In this document: positions 31,389-40,000 of the stretch, in pieces
How positions within the stretch are numbered: position 1 is the stretch's first letter
Layout of the letters: each line of letters opens with the position of its first letter
Assembly: GCA_040389905.1 (NCBI GenBank)
Contig: JAZJZK010000004.1
Location: forward strand, 1-64,000
DNA from: Gemmatimonadota bacterium
GTDB taxonomy: Bacteria > Gemmatimonadota > Gemmatimonadetes > Gemmatimonadales > Gemmatimonadaceae
DNA: 64,000 nt
Reading direction: 5' to 3'
Notes under the pieces: generated by a model
Database searches by the model: none
What the model saw: the letters and a program-made list of their open reading frames with translations, nothing else
Told to the model about the DNA's origin: nothing
Translations under genes and position numbers: made by a program

Positions 31389-32111
31389 ATGCCTGAGCGC
31401 GCGCTGGTCATCGTCCCGACGTATAACGAACGGGAAAACATCGAACGGCTGATCGAGCGGGTCCTTCAGCAGGACGGACGCATCGAGATGCTGATCGTCG
31501 ATGACGGGTCTCCGGACGGCACCGGTGCGACGGTGGATGCGGTCGCGCTGGTCAATCCCCGCGTGCACATCCTGCATCGCGAGAAGAAGATGGGCCTGGG
31601 ACGGGCCTATCTGGCAGGCTTCGCCTGGGCACTGGAGCGCGACTACCAGTATGTCCTGGAGATGGATGCTGACTTCTCACATGATCCCATCCACCTCCCG
31701 CAGTTTCTCGACGCCATCAAAAACGCCGATCTCGTCCTCGGCTCACGCTACCAGCAGGGCCGAGTCACCGTTGTGAACTGGCCGATCGGCCGCCTGCTGC
31801 TCAGCTATTGCGCGAACATCTTCGCGCGAAAGGTGACGGGCCTGCCACTCTGGGATGCCACGGGGGGGTTCAAGTGCTTTCGCAGGTCGGTGCTCGAGGC
31901 CATCGACCTTCAGGGCGTCCGTTCCAATGGCTACGCCTTCCAGATCGAAATGAGCTTCCGGGCGTGGAAAAAGCGCTTCCGGATTGCGGAGATTCCGATT
32001 GTCTTTGTGGATCGTTCCGAAGGAACGAGCAAGATGTCCCGGAACATCCAGATCGAGGCGTTCTGGATGGTGTGGCGCCTGCGGTGGTGGGCGCTGACCG
32101 GCGCCGTCTAG
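31389..32111 (+). CDS. polyprenol monophosphomannose synthase (GT2)
   Basis: VPTYNERENI, DDGSPDGT, GLGRAY, EMDADFSHDP, SNGYAFQIEM. Confidence 0.88.
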   Translation: MPERALVIVPTYNERENIERLIERVLQQDGRIEMLIVDDGSPDGTGATVDAVALVNPRVHILHREKKMGLGRAYLAGFAWALERDYQYVLEMDADFSHDPIHLPQFLDAIKNADLVLGSRYQQGRVTVVNWPIGRLLLSYCANIFARKVTGLPLWDATGGFKCFRRSVLEAIDLQGVRSNGYAFQIEMSFRAWKKRFRIAEIPIVFVDRSEGTSKMSRNIQIEAFWMVWRLRWWALTGAV

Positions 32112-32135
32112 ACCGAGCTCCAACCAAGCACACCG

Positions 32136-32954
32136 ATGCTTCCCAGTGGGCGGGCGTTCTTCAAGATGAGCGGATCCGGAAACGACTTCATCGTCGTGGA
32201 CGCGATGCGCGAACCGCCGGGCTCGCTCGGCGAGCCCGAGACGATTCAGGCGCTCTGCGCTCGCGCGACCGGCATCGGCGCCGATGGCATCGTCTTTCTC
32301 GAACCATCCGGCGTTGCGGACTTCAGGATGACGTACCTGAACAGCGACGGCTCGCCAGCGGACCTCTGTGGAAACGCCTCACTGTGCTCGACGCGGCTTG
32401 CCGTCGAGCTCGGTATTGTGACGGGAAGGGAATTCCGCATGGAGACCGACGCGGGCATTCTCTCGACGCGCCTGATGGAGTTGGCCCCTGAAGTCGATCT
32501 CGAAGCGGTGTCCGACGTCCGTCCGAGGCTGCCAATTCGGCTGGACCCTGGAGAGCACTGGATCGGCTTCGCGCTTGCGGGCGTGCCGCATCTCGTGGTC
32601 CGCGTGGATGACGTGGCGGCGGTAGAGGTCGTCGGTCGCGGCCGTCCGCTGCGACATCACGAGTCGCTGGCCACCGGAGCGAATGTGAATTTCGTGTCGC
32701 CAGCAGCTGGCGGCGGCTGGCACATCCGGACGTACGAGCGCGGGGTCGAGGGCGAAACGCTGGCCTGCGGAACGGGCTCCGTTGCGACGGCCATCCTTTT
32801 GGCGGACGCCGGCGAAGCGGCGGATCGCGTCGCCATGACGACCAGGTCCGGTCGCGTGTTGAGCGTCCGCCTGGCACGCGAAGGGGCCGCGTGGCGTCCG
32901 TCGCTGTCGGGGGAGGCCCGAATCGTGTTCCTCGGGCAGTTCGGCGAGGGCTGA
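32136..32954 (+). CDS. dapF: diaminopimelate epimerase
   Basis: KMSGSGNDF, GIGADG, CGN, NVNF, RTYERGVE.ETLACGTG. Confidence 0.93.
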   Translation: MLPSGRAFFKMSGSGNDFIVVDAMREPPGSLGEPETIQALCARATGIGADGIVFLEPSGVADFRMTYLNSDGSPADLCGNASLCSTRLAVELGIVTGREFRMETDAGILSTRLMELAPEVDLEAVSDVRPRLPIRLDPGEHWIGFALAGVPHLVVRVDDVAAVEVVGRGRPLRHHESLATGANVNFVSPAAGGGWHIRTYERGVEGETLACGTGSVATAILLADAGEAADRVAMTTRSGRVLSVRLAREGAAWRPSLSGEARIVFLGQFGEG

Positions 32955-33110
32955 TCGCGCCAGCGAATGCGACAGCAGCTGATCGGTAGGAGTCGTCTGT
33001 TGAAATTCTCCCCGAACGTACATTCCGGCAGCGAAAGTACTTCACATCGCGATGCTAAGTAGCGTAAGCATGGAGCGTTACATCGGCAGCGGTTGGCTGA
33101 GTGGGATCAG

Positions 33111-33129
33111 TTCTCCACAGTTATCCACG
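33111..33129 (+). promoter_or_regulatory. two tandem DnaA-box-like 9-mers
   Basis: TTCTCCACA (33111) and TTATCCACG (33121), each one mismatch from TTATCCACA. Confidence 0.45.
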
Positions 33130-33135
33130 GCCGCT

Positions 33136-33163
33136 AGTTTACATAATACATCTTATACGTACT
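33136..33163 (-). other. dif: dif site (XerC/XerD chromosome dimer resolution)
   Basis: minus strand AGTACGTATAA-GATGTA-TTATGTAAACT: 11-6-11 layout matching E. coli GGTGCGCATAA-TGTATA-TTATGTTAAAT; AT-rich intergenic region at the gene-orientation switch. Confidence 0.85.
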
Positions 33164-33233
33164 ATTCCCAACGTCTTCTTATCGCTGCTGGCAGTATGCT
33201 GGCAGCCCCCGCTCCACAGTAATCTGCTTATGT

Positions 33234-33270
33234 AAAGCAAACGGGCGGACGCCGTTCGTGGCGCCCGCCC
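33234..33270 (-). terminator. rho-independent terminator of the TPR gene
   Basis: 11-bp GC stem (33243-33270, one G-U pair on the minus strand) followed by TTTGCTTT on the minus strand. Confidence 0.65.
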
Positions 33271-33294
33271 AATGTCTTCAGAACTGAAAGAGTG

Positions 33295-33951
33295 CTACGC
33301 TTTGTTGCCGGCGGCGAGTTCACCGAGCCGCACGCGCGCTTCCGTGGCGAGCGCCGGGTTATCCGACTGATTCGCCAATCCCTCGAACACCTTCTGCGCC
33401 TCGGCACGCTTTCCCGCCGCCAGGTAGGCTCGACCGGCCTTCGACAGGAGGAAGGTCTTTTCGTTCGTCAGCTTCGTGAGACCGGCCGCCTTTTCATACT
33501 GCGCAGCGGCCTCAGCCGTTTTGCCAAGCTGTTCGAGGGCGTCTCCGAGTAACCCGCCAACCGACGCGGCCGCCGGACCATCCCCCACCTTCGACGCCAT
33601 CGCCTGCAAGAATGTCAGTGCGCCCTGGTTGTCGCCCTTCTCCAACCGGAGCTGCCCGATCAGCAAACCGGCCTCTGCGCCCGCCGGCTTGCTCCCGTAC
33701 TTGTCGTACACCTTCTTCAGATCGGCCTCCGCCAACGGCGCATTCCCGGAACTCAGCGACTGCTTGGCCACGAGAAGCTGCTTGTCCGAATTGATCGTCT
33801 CGTTCATGGCGGTGCGCTGCATGAACCAGAACACGAACGCGGCGACGACGACCACTCCGCCTCCGATCGTGACTATCCGGGAGTTGACGTGGAACCAGTC
33901 GATGAAACTCTCAGCTTTTGGCTGGTCGGGATCGTGAATCGGGCTCGTCAT
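33295..33951 (-). CDS. membrane-anchored TPR protein (YfgM-like)
   Basis: single N-terminal TM followed by TPR-like helices (LGDALEQLGK..EA...YEKA). Confidence 0.75.
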   Translation of the reverse strand: MTSPIHDPDQPKAESFIDWFHVNSRIVTIGGGVVVVAAFVFWFMQRTAMNETINSDKQLLVAKQSLSSGNAPLAEADLKKVYDKYGSKPAGAEAGLLIGQLRLEKGDNQGALTFLQAMASKVGDGPAAASVGGLLGDALEQLGKTAEAAAQYEKAAGLTKLTNEKTFLLSKAGRAYLAAGKRAEAQKVFEGLANQSDNPALATEARVRLGELAAGNKA

Positions 33952-34062
33952 TATTGAGGCGTCTCAAGTGCGCGCAGTTGGCGCCGTAGGCGGCGGGATG
34001 GAGGCGGATGTGAAGCCATGAAATGTAATCGGATCGAGGCGCGAGCGCATTCCCGCGCTGCT

Positions 34063-35190
34063 CTAGGTGGTACCGCCCTCAAGTGAGGAAACCCCGTTCG
34101 CCGTCGAGCGGACCCATTGGGTGCCCGCTCCGATGTAGCCTTTTGCGCGAAGCGGCCGCTGCGGTTCGTAGACAACCTTGATATGGTGAAGCGAGAGAAA
34201 GATCGTACTGAGCGAGCGCCGATTGAGGACCGCCGATGCCCGAAGCAGTGCGTCCGGCCAGACATCTCGGTGGTTCACCTCGTCCATCCACCCGTTGAAC
34301 GCGGCGAGCGCCCTGCGCTTTTCAGGAAGGCACAGACCGTCGCGTTCGAGCTCGGCAAGCCAGACCGGCCAGCGCGGCTCCCGGAAATACGGTGTGGAGA
34401 ACATCCCTTCGATCCCGATTCGGACAGCGACCTCCTCGCCGACATCGAGGTCGAGAAGGAGGACGTCCGGAAGCTGAAAATGACGCTGGATAACCGCCCC
34501 CACCGCCGCAAGCGAACCGCGCCAGCCGATCCGCGCGAGATACGGGACGATGTCCTCCGCCTTGATGTAGCTCACGACCAACCGCAATGCCGATGATGGC
34601 CGCTGCAGCATGGCGCCGACGTGCGTCACACTGGTTCCCGGAGGCTGTTCTGCGACGCACTTCTCGATCGTCGCGCGAGCCCGCGGTGACAAGCGCGCGC
34701 CGAGCAGAACGGGAAGCGCATCCTCAGTCAGCCATGGTCCGAAGGAACTCCCGCCGTCGATTCCCTCTGTCGGCCCAATGAAGACATTGGGTTCCGTTGG
34801 CAACTCCGAATCGGACCCATCATCCACGTCGAACTCCAGCCACATATTGCTCATGGTGCGCTCCAGGGCTGAGCCGGGCGACAACCAGCCGGCCGCGAGT
34901 GACTGGATACGTCCCCACGTCGAAGCTCCGCCGCCGGCTGGAGCGAAGGGATACGCCAGATTCTGTCCCGCGAGTGTTTCGCGCTCGCTCCCCTCCCCTC
35001 GAATCAGCACCAGCAAATCGGCGCGCGGCTCGGGCGAACCCAGCGGGCACTCGAAGCCGACTCGCGCGCTCAGCGTCCCAGGCATGTGGCGACAGATTCC
35101 CAATATCCTCGCCATGTTCTCGTGCGAGATGAGCGCTGGCTGAATTCGGCCCACCACCGGCCGAAGCATCTGATCGAGTGTCCAGCTCAC
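34063..35190 (-). CDS. uncharacterised RiPP-cluster protein; putative prenyltransferase (ABBA-like, inferred)
   Basis: GTG start overlaps the cyclase stop (GTGA); soluble ~375 aa with GFECPL, MWLEFD, IGIE, HHIKVVY...AKGY motifs; function inferred from context. Confidence 0.5.
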   Translation of the reverse strand: MSWTLDQMLRPVVGRIQPALISHENMARILGICRHMPGTLSARVGFECPLGSPEPRADLLVLIRGEGSERETLAGQNLAYPFAPAGGGASTWGRIQSLAAGWLSPGSALERTMSNMWLEFDVDDGSDSELPTEPNVFIGPTEGIDGGSSFGPWLTEDALPVLLGARLSPRARATIEKCVAEQPPGTSVTHVGAMLQRPSSALRLVVSYIKAEDIVPYLARIGWRGSLAAVGAVIQRHFQLPDVLLLDLDVGEEVAVRIGIEGMFSTPYFREPRWPVWLAELERDGLCLPEKRRALAAFNGWMDEVNHRDVWPDALLRASAVLNRRSLSTIFLSLHHIKVVYEPQRPLRAKGYIGAGTQWVRSTANGVSSLEGGTT

Positions 35191-36167
35191 GTCTGCATCG
35201 GTTCGGCAACGAAGCGACCGAGCACCGTCGCAATGGCCTGCGCGCAAACGACGGTGGTGAATACGCGAGCGCCGTAGAATTCAGGCAACATGTCGCGAAA
35301 AAAAGTCCCCGTCGCCCAGCCGCCGTCCGGCTGCTGCCGAGCGAGAAGCCAGTCAGCCGACTCCTCATCGCGCGGCCCTTCCGCGCCGGCGGAGAGCAGC
35401 GTCATGACCGCAAGCGCTGTTTCGAGATCACTTCCCCACCCGCCATCCGCATGTTGGGTGTGTCGCAGCCATGCGATAATCGGGTTCATTGTGCCTTCCA
35501 ACTCGGTGACTGCACCTCGCGCGAAGGCACGAGCGATCAGGTACGGCACCGCGAAGCGAGCAACGCCCCAACGATTGAGGATGTGGTAGGTCGAGCGTGT
35601 TGCAATGTGGTGAAAGAACGCGATCAACCGTGGATCAGGCCGCTTGAGGAGCCCCTGTAGCAGGAGCACGTTGGCATTGACCATGGAGTCCGGCAGTTCG
35701 AAGTCATGGGCGTTGATCTCCGGATCTCGCCACGTCTTGAATAACCCACATTCGGCGCGCAGGGGCTCGAGCGAGTCGAGCCACGCGTTGGCTTGCGTCG
35801 CAATCCTTTCGTCACCTGGATTCGCGACAAGACGCGCGGCGTAGGAGACGGACGTCGTATCGAGATCCGGGAGACGCTCTGGAAAGGCTGGTCCGAAAAA
35901 GCGCCACCATCCATCGGACTCCTGCGTTCGAGCGAGGTAGGCGTCGGCGCGTCGGAGCATCGGCGTCGCCGCGGGCGCCCGTGGTTCCATCGCCGCGAGT
36001 GCATCGGCAACGATCGCGTGAAGGTAGGGAGACTCGATGCGGCGCGCGCCAACCAGTCGCGGCGCGCTCGACACCTCGGTACGGAAGCCACCATCGGTCG
36101 ACTGCGCATTCGCGAGAAAGGACAACGCGCGATCCATTGCATCCGTCAGCTTCGAATGACTCGGCAA
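35187..36167 (-). CDS. class II terpene cyclase-like protein (prenyltransferase/squalene oxidase QW repeats)
   Basis: four QW-type repeats (LANAQSTDGGF, LARTQESDGWW, LRHTQHADGGWG, LLARQQPDGGW) and PDLDTT, resembling the DxDD(T) acid motif; AGGAG RBS before the TTG start. Confidence 0.75.
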   Translation of the reverse strand: MPSHSKLTDAMDRALSFLANAQSTDGGFRTEVSSAPRLVGARRIESPYLHAIVADALAAMEPRAPAATPMLRRADAYLARTQESDGWWRFFGPAFPERLPDLDTTSVSYAARLVANPGDERIATQANAWLDSLEPLRAECGLFKTWRDPEINAHDFELPDSMVNANVLLLQGLLKRPDPRLIAFFHHIATRSTYHILNRWGVARFAVPYLIARAFARGAVTELEGTMNPIIAWLRHTQHADGGWGSDLETALAVMTLLSAGAEGPRDEESADWLLARQQPDGGWATGTFFRDMLPEFYGARVFTTVVCAQAIATVLGRFVAEPMQT

Positions 36168-36293
36168 TCTCGACTCCTGACTCGCGCGCTGTGCACGCGG
36201 TGTGATCTACTACATTGAATTGTCGCGAATGGCGAACTAACGTTGGCCCGACAGAAACGAACGTCAAGCCGCCATAAGCTCTGAGGTACAGTC

Positions 36294-36614
36294 ATGGACG
36301 ACAAGGTACAATCGCGGAAAGATCTGGAAGCGAAACTCGTCGAGCTCGCACAAAAGGACGAGCAGTTCGCAGAAGCCCTTCGTCGCAATCCTCGCGCGGC
36401 GATCGAAAAGGAAATCGGCGCGCTACCCGAAGGCATGAACGTGAAGGTCATCGAAGAAGACGCAAACACCTTCTACCTGATCCTCCCACCGGCGGAGCAG
36501 ACCGGCGACTTCGCCCTCTCCGAGGAAGATCTCGCTTCGGTCGCGGGTGGATTGGGTGGACATACGGCAACGTGCTGTGGGTGCGTCGGCACGAACTGGC
36601 CGAAGTCAAAGTAA
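36294..36614 (+). CDS. NHLP-leader RiPP precursor A1 (core LGGHTATCCGCVGTNWPKSK)
   Basis: nitrile-hydratase-like leader (KDEQF...NPRAAIE...VIEE..NTFYLILP), LSEEDLASVAGG double-Gly site, GAGG RBS. Confidence 0.92.
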   Translation: MDDKVQSRKDLEAKLVELAQKDEQFAEALRRNPRAAIEKEIGALPEGMNVKVIEEDANTFYLILPPAEQTGDFALSEEDLASVAGGLGGHTATCCGCVGTNWPKSK

Positions 36615-36624
36615 CTGGCTCGCG

Positions 36625-36661
36625 CGAACGCTCCCCAAATCGGGGGCGCGCTCGTTTTTTT
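36625..36661 (+). terminator. terminator-like hairpin between the two precursors
   Basis: imperfect GC stem followed by TTTTTTT. Confidence 0.6.
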
Positions 36662-36714
36662 CTCGGCGTCGTATTCGCGCTCGCGCGCCGCCCCACACCT
36701 TCAGAGGCACAGTC

Positions 36715-37029
36715 ATGGACGAAAAAGTACAGTCGAGAAAGGATCTGGAAGCGAAACTCGTCGAGCTCGCACAGAAGGACGAGCAGTTCGCGGAAGCCCT
36801 TCGCCGCAATCCTCGCGCTGCGATCGAGAAGGAGATCGGCGCGCTACCCGAAGGCATGAACGTCAAGGTCATCGAGGAAGACGCCAACACCTTCTATCTC
36901 ATTCTTCCGCCCTCCGAGGAAACGGGCGACTTTGCGCTCTCAGAGGAAGATCTCGCCTCGGTCGCAGGTGGTGCACACACGGCAAGCTGCTGTGGCTGCA
37001 CCGGCACGAACTGGCCGCAGTCGAAGTAA
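36715..37029 (+). CDS. NHLP-leader RiPP precursor A2 (core AHTASCCGCTGTNWPQSK)
   Basis: leader identical to A1 at 83 of 86 residues, same GAGG.ACAGTCATG start context. Confidence 0.92.
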   Translation: MDEKVQSRKDLEAKLVELAQKDEQFAEALRRNPRAAIEKEIGALPEGMNVKVIEEDANTFYLILPPSEETGDFALSEEDLASVAGGAHTASCCGCTGTNWPQSK

Positions 37030-37050
37030 CCGACTCTCATGCCGATGGTG

Positions 37051-37089
37051 CGGGCGCGCTCCCACAGCGGGGGCGCGCCCGTTGCTTTT
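37051..37089 (+). terminator. rho-independent terminator after precursor A2
   Basis: CGGGCGCGCTCCC-loop-GGGGGCGCGCCCG followed by TTGCTTTT; lies between the convergent A2 and lanM genes. Confidence 0.7.
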
Positions 37090-37097
37090 CGCCGCCG

Positions 37098-40000
37098 TCA
37101 GCGACGCCACGCGAGGACGCATGGAAGGCGTCCCGGGAACGCCTGACGAAGCAGCGCGTAGCCAACGCCGGCACTGCCCTGAAAGAAACCGGGAAAGAGG
37201 GCTTCCCGCGGCAATCCTGGCAACAGCTCATAGCTGCCGGCGTCCGCCTTTTCGAGAACGCGACTTGTCAGCTCCCGAGCCTCCGCCGCGAGATCCGCGC
37301 GCCCGAGATCGACCGCTGCTTCGAGGAGAATGTCCGCCCTCCCCATGTTCCCGCAACACAGTTGGTCTACGCCTTCAAGTCCGTGGGCGCGCGTCGTGGA
37401 CAGTGCAATGTCCAAGTCTTCACGCACTGCTGCGGTGTCGAGCGCGTGGAGTCCCACAAGACGCCCGAGTGCGATGCCGGGAGCGCCATGACACCACGAC
37501 GTCCAGATCGAGGGACCTCCATCCGGCGCTGATTCGCCGAGTCGCGGCCAGTTGCCGTGGGCGGTCAGGAACAGCGTGCGCTCGTACGCTACGGCCTGCT
37601 CGGCTGCCGTGACCAGCGTCTCATCCGGCCCGAGGGCGTGCACTCGCAACAGCGCTGCGGCAATGCCAGCCGCCCCGTGTGAAAAGCCGGCGAACGGAAG
37701 GTCACGGATCGTATTCCACGCACGTAGTCCCTGCCCCGGAACGACGCTTTTCGCAACGAGGTGACGAGCACACAGCTGCGCGCGCGCGAGGGCGTTCACG
37801 TCCCCGGATGCCTCGTAGAGCGCAAGCAATCCGAGCGCCGCGCCCGCACTTCCGGCAATCACATCGAGCTGTGTGTCGGCCGCGACGATCGTCTCGTCAA
37901 TGAGCGTTGCCGCCGTACGTGCCGCGTTCAACAGCAATGGTTCACCCAGCCACTCGCCAACCAGGGTAAGAACGTAGATCGTGGAGCCAATGCCATCTGC
38001 TCCGCCAATCCCTACGGCTGAGCGAAGACGTTGGGGCTGGCGATGCAACTCCTCACGAAGCGGTTGAAGTGCCTCCAATGCCCACGTTCGCCATTCCTCC
38101 GACGCCGTGATGCGCCACAACGCCGCGAAGAAGAGTCCCACACCGGCACATCCGCTGTAGAGACCGTAACCCAGCGGATGCATTTCGTAACGCCCTGCCT
38201 GCGGGAAAAACTGCACGGCGATCCACGATGCGCCGCCGTGCGGTGCACGCACGGCGTTGTTGACCAGCTCGCGAGCGATGGCAACCGCGCGAGCCACGAG
38301 CATCTCCGGCTCGAGCGTTCCAGAGGGTCGTGCTGCAACGGCGGGCGAAGCGACGGTATCACTCGGGCGCGGCTCCCGCGCCACGCGAAGGTGCAGTGTC
38401 GCACGAATGAACGAGACTTGGCGCTCGCAGTCCTCGAGGCTCAGCGCCGCGATTCTCGCCCGTGCGCGCGCTGCAGGTGAGACCCCGAAGCAGTCTGGCA
38501 CTTCCCCATGTTCGCCCAGCGGAAGCGACCTGGAACCAGCATTCGCGACGAAGAGCGGAATATCCGCGCGCTCGAGTGCCTCGGCCTCGGCTTTCCGCAC
38601 GGGCCAGAAAGCGTGCAGTGACGGATTCTCAACGAGGATTCTGCTCGGCGCATCGATCGCCGTGGATCGATCGACACCATCGCGAAGCAACGTCCGATTG
38701 TAGGATGCGTTCAGGTTGAGGAAGTACTCGCGCGTCGCCCGGAACAGGAAACGCACCCGCTCACTCTCGAGCCCTTCCAATGGGCCACCGCGATCGAGAA
38801 GCGCGTCGCGATTACGCAGCAACAATTGGTAAAGCCCGCGGAAACCTTTGACGAGAGAGTCGGCATAGTCCACCGGTGACAACGCGCGGTCGTCCAGGAT
38901 GACAACGTTTTGCTGCGGCTGTGCATCCACGTGTTCACGGACGAGACGCATGTCGTCGGTGTTTGGATGTTGCCACGTGGCCATCCGATCGAGCGTCTTC
39001 TGATCGCCGCCACCCCCGAGGGCGCTGATGTCTTGACTGCTTCCATCTGGTCCGAATACCCAGCGCGGGAGCAGGCCGACTGACAGCACCGTGTCTGCGA
39101 GCATTCGGTCGGCGACGACGAATGCCGTGGGCTCCTGCTCAGCCCCACCATTGAGCGGACGCTCTTCGTGCGAGACCAGCATCTCGAGGTCAATGAGCAT
39201 CGGTTGCTCGCCGCTCGCCACGAGGTTCTGGTCGTGGAGGTCCGTTGTGCCAAGCGCATGCATGAGCGCGAGGATCATTCCGGCGCGCTCATAGTATCGT
39301 TCCGCCTCGGCGACGTCAGCACAGGCGCGCTGTTCGGCGAACTCCACCCAGCCGTGGGTTGGCCTGGCGAGAACCTTGAGTGGCCGAAGCGGCGGCGACG
39401 CACCGCGATCATTGGCCCACTGCAGCAACCGGAACCAGCGGGACTCCAACGCCAAATCGCGCGGTTTGTAAACGACACGCAACCCAGAAGCAAATGTCAC
39501 AATTGCCACAGTACGCCCGCCGCTGTGCGCATCGGAAAGTCCAGCGTTCGCCGACACGACGCCGCCAATGTCCACCCCGTCGGCGAAGAGCGCTTGAATA
39601 TCGTTCTTATCTGCAACGAGCCGATCGATTGTCTCCTGTGTCACGTCAATCCACTGATCAGTCACCGTGGCGGTGAGGCGCGCGGCAACGGGAAAGCGTC
39701 TGAAGAATTCGGTCAGCCCTCCGGTGCGCATCCGCTCCAACCAACGCCTGTAGAGGTGCTGCGGCGGGGTGCGCTTCCCCGCGAGTCCGCGCTCGAGGGG
39801 TGATTGCTGCGCCGCGCGAAATGCGAAGAACTCCTGGACGAGCGCGTTGGCGCAGATGCTCGAGATCGAGCGTAGCAGGTCCTGCTCGAAGGCGGCGAGC
39901 GCGACGTCCGACATGGTGCTCGCCCTGGTGCGTGCTGCGAGGCGAGTCCGTGCGAAACGCACGAACGGGAGAAGCGCCTCCTCCATCGGGACCGGGCGCA

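Noticed and set aside
33189..33204. TGGCAGTATGCTGGCA as a sigma-54 promoter
   Set aside because: The -12 element is TGGC rather than TTGC and no + strand gene lies downstream; better explained as a direct repeat.
32955..33294. oriC hypothesis for the AT-rich intergenic region with DnaA-like boxes
   Set aside because: Genes converge here rather than diverge, there is no dnaA/dnaN/parAB nearby, only 2-3 imperfect boxes are present, and the dif site and KOPS polarity indicate the terminus.
33951..34019. 22-codon ORF (MASHPPPSRRLRRQLRALETPQ) whose stop overlaps the TPR gene start
   Set aside because: Too short and no recognisable motif; it could be a leader peptide but I cannot support that.
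34020..34100. att-like duplication of the tRNA-Arg 3' end at the far boundary of the RiPP cluster
   Set aside because: Only a trivial partial match (TACCGCCCTC vs TACCCTC); no convincing direct repeat and no integrase.
36547..36714. N-terminal extension of precursor A2 in the ORF track (160 aa)
   Set aside because: It overlaps A1 and its terminator; the true start is the ATG at 36715, which has the same RBS context as A1.
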